64,000 nt of DNA, from NCBI GenBank assembly GCA_951406725.2, contig OX597815.1:75454001-75518000 (forward strand), given 5' to 3'. Positions 56,530 through 64,000 of the stretch are shown piece by piece. The notes below the pieces were generated by a model that made no database searches, was not told the DNA's origin, and saw nothing but the letters and a program-made list of their open reading frames with translations. The DNA comes from Octopus vulgaris (Eukaryota). A program made the translations under genes and the position numbers. Position 1 is the stretch's first letter. Each line of letters begins with the position of its first letter.

Positions 56530-56950
56530 ATTTACTTAGCAGATATTTTATCTTGATGTTTAGTGACAGCAAGTCTCTTCAAATCACAAGATTCTTCCTT
56601 AATTATTATTATTGTGAAAGCTATTGTATGTTTTATTAGTTAGCGCTGATGTTTTGCTGAGGTTTGGTGACAGCAGGTCTCCTCAGAACTCAAGAATCTT
56701 TCTTAGGTTACTTGCAAAACAAAGGATTGCACTTTTCAGCAGATCAACAATGCGATTTTCAATTCCAATATGCTTCAGATTCTCCGGTAACATTTTGGAT
56801 GTTGTGTCAACTGCACAAATTACCACAAGAATAATTGTCGTCTTCTACAATCTCTGCATTTCTGGCCAGGTCTTGATATTTTCCAATTTTTTACAATTTG
56901 TTTGGTAACTCATCTATTGTCATATGGTATTACAAAGTATGATCTTACAC
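56530..56950 (-). mobile_element. Short decayed REL-endonuclease 3' end fragment(s)
   Basis: Minus strand resembles IGIENRIVDLLKSAILCFASNLRKILE; similar to 63030-63465. Confidence 0.55.
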
Positions 56951-56962
56951 TGTATTATTATT

Positions 56963-57063
<101 letters not shown>

Positions 57064-57084
57064 CATTATTTTCTCTTTATTACA

Positions 57085-58600
57085 TGTTTTGTTGGAGCTC
57101 CTGGAGTCTTGCATGCGTAGTGGGCTTGCTACCTGCAGCCTACGGTACCATGCTATTCGTTCTTTTCAGCTATCTAATACTTTCCTGAGTATTCTGGCCG
57201 TACTAAGGAGGCAAACCTTTTGTAACAGTTCTACTGGGCACTCCATTCTTGTTTCCTCTTGATGCATTCTGATACTGTTCCCAAGGACCCAACAATAATT
57301 GACACTATTTTCACCTTCTTCATTTTTTATAGCCGGGCAATTTCATACTTAAGAGGGTTGCATCTATCTACTTTTCCATTTTCCTTCTTGACTATTCGTG
57401 GGTCAAAAGGGCATGCAACGTCAACTATATAGCATATGTGGTGTGCCATGTCCACCATTAGGTCCGGTCTGTTATGCTCTAGCACCTGATCTGTTTGGAT
57501 TGCGAAATCCCAGCAGATTTTGCTAGTCTCCGAATCCGCCACTCTCTGCGCTGCGTTGTGTCCTCATACCACGTCTTGCTTCTCTCTATCCCCCACTTTT
57601 CGCTGTTTCCATCGTAGCACTTTCACTACCTGGTTGAGTCGCCACAACATGTAGTGGTTTGGAGCAAGTCTAGGGCATTCGTTCGTGATATGGGCAACGG
57701 TTTCATCCACTGTATTGCAGATGCGACACAGCGGAGACAATTGCTCATTCCTCAGGTTGACCTTCCTGTTCGTGGCCAGAGCTTGGCCCTGCGCTGCCAG
57801 TATAATGCTCTCGGTTTCGTTTTTTAGTGTTCCTTTCTTTAACCATCCCCACTTATTTTTTCCAGCAACTTCTGTTGTAGATACATGGAATTGATTATGT
57901 AGTCCCTTCTTGCATAATTCTTCTTCATGTCCTTTTTGTACTTCTTCCTTTGTTTTCACTTTTTTCTCTGCTCTCAATGCTTCTTCGTTCATGACACTAA
58001 CAAGGTTTCCTTACTTTGGATTAGGTATCTCATTAAGCTCTCGAGTTAGATATGCATGCAGTCTTCCACACTTATCAATCAGTTCCCTTCTTTCCTCCAT
58101 TTTCTCTCTTCATGTATAGGCGATCAGTGTCTGAACGTGGATGACGTGCTCCATGCATCGCTAGGAGCTTTCTTGACTTCCTGTCCATCTCCTTTAGCTC
58201 CTCCTCTGTCCACTTCAGGATTCCAGCGTCATAACAAACTACTGCGACTGTGCGCGAGTTTATTGCCGAAATTATGTTTCTGTCATTCAGCTTTGAAGTC
58301 AATATTTTTCCCACTCGCCGCAAGTACTCTTTTTATCTTTTCCTTCATTTGCCTCAAGTATTAACAGGTATTTTTTTAGCTGGATTGAGATTGAATTGTC
58401 TTCATCATTTCACCACTTGGTAGCTATAAGACTTCTATCCTGGCAAGCTTTCTTCGTTTCATCAACACCTTAGCACATTTTGAGAGTCCAAACTCTATCT
58501 TAGTATCATTGGAGAAAATCCGCACAGATTGGACTAGGCTGTCCAGTTTTGCCTGTTTTTTTGTGAATAGCTTCAGGTCGTCCATGAATAGCGAGTGATT
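57085..58600 (-). mobile_element. 5'-truncated R4/Dong-type copy, further lineage
   Basis: HSLFMDDLKLF, ETESIILAAQGQALATN...CRICNTVDETVAHITNECP and HNRPDLMVD...IVDVACPFD; (ATT)n on both sides. Confidence 0.88.
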
Positions 58601-58671
58601 TATTATTATTGTTATTGTTATTGTTATTATTATTGTTATTATTATTATTATTACTTATTTTTGTTATTATT

Positions 58672-59225
58672 GAGTGGAAGAGCAGCGCACGCCATCAAAG
58701 TGACGCTGGAACGACGAATGTACAAAGCCCAATATACTCATCATGACTAACACTCTGATAAGGGTACACCAGGCACATGCATCACAATCATATGTGCGCC
58801 ACATGGTACCTTTATATTAAGATAAACCGCACATGAACTTGCAGTTGGGATCCAGTTAGAATTTTCTTTAGGTTGAGTAGCCCATCTCGCTCAAAACGTC
58901 CATGAATAATAGTTGTTTAAGGATGCTGAACAAAACACCCATGTTTTCAGAGGTGAATTATTCAAATCCCGAAGAAACCGTCTCAACACGTAGCTATGAT
59001 GCTCCTCCAACTACTCCTGCTCGTAATTAGAGATGCACATATCGTCAGCCACTAACGGACACGCTCAACTGGTTAAGATGAAGCGACAAGCAAATCTGTG
59101 GTATTGAGCAGATTATTTGTTGTAGACCATCTTTTATACCTATACACAACATGTACATGTTAGCACTTCGAATCAGTTAAGATCAGACGCCATGAGAGTT
59201 ACTGCCTGGCATTACATCAGGGCAT
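58672..59225 (-). mobile_element. ~550 bp (AAT)n-inserted repeat, copy 4 (more diverged)
   Basis: Reverse-complement match to 16361-16916. Confidence 0.82.
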
Positions 59226-59271
59226 TAATCATTGTTGTTGTTGTTTTTGTTGTTGTTGTTGTTGTTGTTGT

Positions 59272-59310
<39 letters not shown>

Positions 59311-60459
59311 GGAGGAGGAGGAGGAGGATGTTTTTGTTGTTTTGAATAGACAGATGTGCTTCGAGAAATTTGAATTCATAAAGTTTTACTGGATGAACAT
59401 TTTTGCTTCTTCCTTTTTTTGGATTATTTTGCAAACAATACACTTGGGAACACATGAACGTCAATTCCATCAAAAATAAGGAGTCAAAAGTTATGTAGCT
59501 GCAACATTATTTTATTCAAAAAGCTTCATTTAGGCGTCCACTCAGTTCAATATTGCTTCTTCTACTAGAAGGGAAGTAAGAAGTATTAAAAAGAAAATAA
59601 GAAGAATGGATACAATCTCAATAAAGAAAACAATACACGAAGATGAATGTTAAAAAGATAAACAGATTCTTTTTAATGACAAACAGAGAAAGCAACAGTA
59701 AAAGAAACAAATACACTTGCAGCCAATAAAATTTAACAATGCAAATTTGCACAGCATAAGCAAAAATAGTAACAAGAACAATGGATATTTGCGATATTTA
59801 CAAAAAAGAAAAAAAAATACTAACATCTGTTTTGCAAGCTTTACAAACATAAAAAGGAGTTTTTTAGATATAGGCCGAATCCAGCCGTAAAAAGAAGTGA
59901 AGAAGCAGCATGTCGCAAAAGAATGTGTCCTTGCTTGGAGATATTCAAGAACTGGCAAGAAGGAGGTTCAGATAACTTTACGAAGACTAGTGGGTGCTTC
60001 GGTATGCTCTAAAAAAACCCCAGTTATAGTGGAGACCTTAACTGATTTATGGGACGACATGATAGGTAAAGGGTATATAGAACCGTTTTGGAGTTTGAAA
60101 CGTTTTAGCACAGCCGTTTTAGCTACACCTATTCAGACTTGTTGATTCCAAGCAGACGTTTTAATGTTTCTCTCGTCTTCTCCCTCGTTCTCTCACTCTC
60201 TTTCTCTCCCCCCTCTCTCTCTTTCTTCCCTTTTTTATGTATGTAAGCATATTTCTCTTTATCTGTATGAAGAGAGGGAAAGTGTTTTTGCCAATCGTGG
60301 TCAATTAATAAATTGTAATATCTCACTCTCTAGTTCCTTCTCTTGTTCTCTCTCTCCCTTTCTCTCACTCTTTCTTTCTACCAGTGTGTTCTTATATTTC
60401 TGTGTTTGCATTCATGCATGTGTGTGTATATATGTATGTGTGTGTGTATGTATGTGTGT

Positions 60460-60555
<96 letters not shown>

Positions 60556-62059
60556 CTCCAGCGCCAGAAATTACTGCCGCCAAAACAAATTGAATATCCA
60601 GTCAGCCGTGTTAAATCGTCTGCGCCCAAACAGCTGTGCCAGTTCATCCCATTCCGTGTAGAATAAGCATCTTGTCTTCAAAACTAAGGACAATACAGAA
60701 CAGAATGGTGCCCCAGACTCCAGCCAGTTGACGACGTAACACGATGGTCACAGAGAGGACAGTAATGCAGACATCAAATGCAGTCAGTTTTGCAGAACAG
60801 AACAGATAGGGCAAGTATTTTACGCACCGAGTGTTATGGAAGTTCACGTAGTTAGGAATGATCGCGCACGCGCGCGAGTGTGTGTGTGGCGATAAAATTA
60901 GTGTAAAAGAACAGAACATCATTATGAGTTTCAGGGTTTTCTACACAGAGGAACTGGAAAGACAGAGAAAGAGAGAACATAGACAACAGCAAAGACAGCA
61001 ATAAGGAATTGAATACAAGAAACTTCCACCTGTCGCACCACGGGCTTCAACTCCGAGGAGAGTGAAAGTAATCGCCTTGCGTTCAGCACCAGAAACTGAT
61101 GATCAGAGGTCCTTTCTCCCACTCACAGATAATAGTAACCCCCACCTCAACCCCATTGCTTTGCTATGAAGGGTAAGAAATGGAAGGTGGTCAGGGGTAA
61201 CTAATTATCCAGGTCAGTGGAAGTAAAAGACCCATCATCAAACATAATGACTTCAAATTTTGGCACAAGGCCAACAAATTTAGAAGAGGGCAAAGGCTGA
61301 TTACATCGACCCCAGTGTGGTTATTTTATAGACCTTAAAAAGATAAAAGGCAAGGTCTAAATCAATGGAATTTGAATGTGAAGGGCTGGAAGACATACAG
61401 CTAAGTATTTTGTCTAGCGCTAACGGTTCAGCCAGCTCGCTGCATTCTCCAACATCAAATATAATGAACACAAGCAGAAATCGAGTGGTACGTTGTAAGA
61501 GGAGCACATCTCTCTCTAGGACTCTATGAAGGTCACTGCCCTCGAATAACCGAAGGAGGACTTTTGGGTGATTTTCACGAACTGAAGGAAGGCATAGAAA
61601 TAAAGTGGAGACTGGGGAGAAAAAGGGCTTCGACTTTGTGGGAAATGGTAATGATAGACTGCTAATTAGAATTAATTTTAAAATTAATGAAATGTTTTAA
61701 TGTAAGCTGTGTACTAAATGACTCCTGGAGTGCTCACGGGTACCTTCGGAACCGAACATTATGAGAAAAATTTCCCCAGGTACAAAGAAATTAGATAATC
61801 GTGATGCACCAGCAACTTCTTATCTATGTGTGGTTGGCTTACTATTGTTTTGTTTTTATATTTGCATTTATATTGTTTTATTTATATTTATGTATTTATA
61901 ATTTGTTTTACTTTTTTGTGGGAATTTTAAAAAAACCCTTTTTATCAAGTTATTATTACGAAACTTTTTCCTTGATATCTGCAGTAAGTACACATTATCC
62001 ACGGGGCAACACCCAGACTCCTGAGTCTTGTGTCAAAATATGAAGCAGTTATTATTATT

Positions 62060-62690
62060 ATGATTGCCTTTGCACAGCTTCTAACGCTGGTGATGTACTA
62101 CGGTGTCAGCTGTTCACTACCTGTGAACTAAGGTAACACAATTTATTTTTCGAACACCTTCCGGAGTATTCGAGCGGTTCCAAGCAGTGCTGTTTTCTGC
62201 AAATGCTCCACCCTTATTGCAGCCCCTATTTGTTCCACGTACTTCCTGAGATGTTTGCTCACTATTCCCAGGGCCCCGACAATTATTGGCACTACTGCTA
62301 CCTTTTTCATCGACCAAAACTACTTAACTTCCCAAGCTAACCTGCCATATCTCTCGATTTTTCTTTCTTCCTTATCGCATACCTTGTTGTCAGCTGGGCA
62401 TGCTATATCTATGATCCAGCAAAGTTTGTTTTCTTTCTCAATTAAGACTATGTCTGGCTTCCTATTCTCTATCTCATGGTCGCACTGAATCATAAAATCC
62501 CATAGGATCTTTGCATTTTTATTTTCGATGATGCCTTCAGGTTTGTGGTCGTACCAATTTTTTGCTCTGTCAAGTCCATACTTGTTGCAAAGTGTCCAAT
62601 GGACAAACCTGGGTATATTGTCGTGGAGTCTCTTATATTCCTTCTGGGCTAGTAGCGTATATTGGCTGGTAATATGCCATACGGTTTCAA
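62060..62690 (-). mobile_element. R4/Dong-type 3' fragment (CCHC and REL)
   Basis: Minus strand ETVWHITSQY..LAQKEYKRLHDN...ILWDFMIQCDHEIENRKPDIVLIEK...LLGTARILRKV; abuts (ATT)n. Confidence 0.85.
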
Positions 62691-62754
<64 letters not shown>

Positions 62755-62822
62755 GCTATTGTTGTCGTTGTTGTTATAATAATTATTATTAACCTTATCT
62801 TCATCATCATCATCATTATTGC

Positions 62823-63030
62823 TTAAGACGGCGAGCTAGAAGAATCGTTAGATCGCCGCGAAAACGCCTCGCGTTGTTTCTTCTGGGTCTTTACATTCTA
62901 CGTTCACTTCTCGCCGAGATCAATTTTCTAGCCTCTCTAGTCGATAAAATAAAGTACCAGTCAAGTACTTAGGCCGATGCAATCGCCTAAATCCCTCTTA
63001 CTAAATTGCTGGCTTTGGGCAAACTCGAAA
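62823..63030 (+). mobile_element. tRNA-derived SINE
   Basis: Matches the 11669-11885 family. Confidence 0.7.
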
Positions 63031-63465
63031 TTAGCGGTGACAACAAATCTCGAATCTCAAGAAGTTTTCTTAATATTCTTGCAGAATGTAGAATGCTATT
63101 TTGCTGGAGGTCGACAATGCGAATCTCAGTTCCAGTTTCTTGCAGTCTTTTAGGTAGTATTCTGGGTGTTGTGCCAAGTGCACCAATTACTACAGTAATA
63201 ATTGTTGTCTCAATCTTCCAGTCTCCGCAGCTCACTGGATCGATCCGGATATTGCTCAATTCTTTCAACTTCTTTGTTATCGACTTTGTCATAGGGAATT
63301 GCGAAATCTATGATCTTACACTGTTTGTTTTGTCCTCTATAATCATGTCCGGTGTTCTTTCCTCAATGATATAGTCAGTCTTTCTGACGATGTTCCACAA
63401 GATCTTGTAATTTTCATTTTCTCTCACAGCCTCTGGTTCTGGCTCATACCATCTTTCTGTTGTTT
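63030..63465 (-). mobile_element. REL endonuclease 3' fragment
   Basis: WYEPEPEAVRENENYKILW...RTPDMII and VVIGALGTTPRIL...LQQNSILHSARILRKLLE. Confidence 0.8.
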
Positions 63466-63469
63466 TCTC

Positions 63470-63860
63470 AGTAGCTGACAGAAACGTTAGCACGACGGGC
63501 GAAATGCTTAGCGGTATTTCGTCTGCCGCTATGTTCTGAGTTCAAATTCCACCGAGGTCGACTTTGCCTTTCATCTTTTCGGGGTCGATTAAATAAGTAC
63601 CAGTTACGCAATGGGGTCGATGTAATCGACTTAATACCTATGTCTGTCCTTGTTTGTCCCCTCTATGCTTAGCCCCTTGTGGGTAATAAAGAAATAGATA
63701 TTTCGTCTGTCTTTACGTTCTGAATTCAAATTCCGCCGAGGTCGTCTTTGCCTTTCATCCTTTCGGGGTCAATAAAAAAAGTACCAGTTGTGTACTGGAG
63801 TCGATCTAATCGACAGTTCCCATCCCCTAAAATTTCGAGCCTTGTGCCTAGAATAGAAAA
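63470..63860 (+). mobile_element. Two adjacent tRNA-derived SINE copies
   Basis: Two cores gaggtcg.ctttgcctttcatc.tttcggggtc with B-box gagttcaaattcc. Confidence 0.8.
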
Positions 63861-63883
63861 GATTATTATTATTATTATTATTA

Positions 63884-63947
<64 letters not shown>

Positions 63948-64000
63948 CATCATCTTTATTTTCATTATTCCGCCAAGGTGAACTTTGCCTTTCATCTTTT

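Noticed and set aside
59500-60150. Possible Tc1 transposase relic
   Set aside because: Only faint resemblance; no DDE motif or TIR pair could be confirmed by eye.

Overview
AT-rich, repeat-saturated eukaryotic DNA with no supportable host protein-coding gene; nearly all listed ORFs are microsatellite artefacts or decayed transposon frames. The SINE and microsatellite content suggests a cephalopod such as Octopus (inference). Main components: (1) many decayed R4/Dong-type non-LTR retrotransposons (RT plus restriction-like endonuclease) from several lineages, nearly always in or beside (AAT)n arrays, including one near-full-length copy at about 37.45-41.65 kb; (2) four copies of a ~550 bp non-coding element with the same (AAT)n target polarity; (3) numerous tRNA-derived SINEs; (4) Tc1/mariner, RTE and Helentron-like relics. 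The most notable signal is a set of type I hammerhead ribozyme (HHR) motifs in short inserts inside (TA)n tracts. These are an intact-core minimal HHR in each arm of a 1.6 kb Penelope-like palindrome (9.1-10.7 kb), relic HHRs at 19.3 and 44.6 kb, and a ~317 bp circularly permuted retrozyme-like repeat (47.1-50.5 kb). That repeat's tandem dimer is interrupted just upstream of the ribozyme by a Tx1/L1-like LINE with a 14 bp target-site duplication. All alignments and folds were done by eye; boundaries are approximate.
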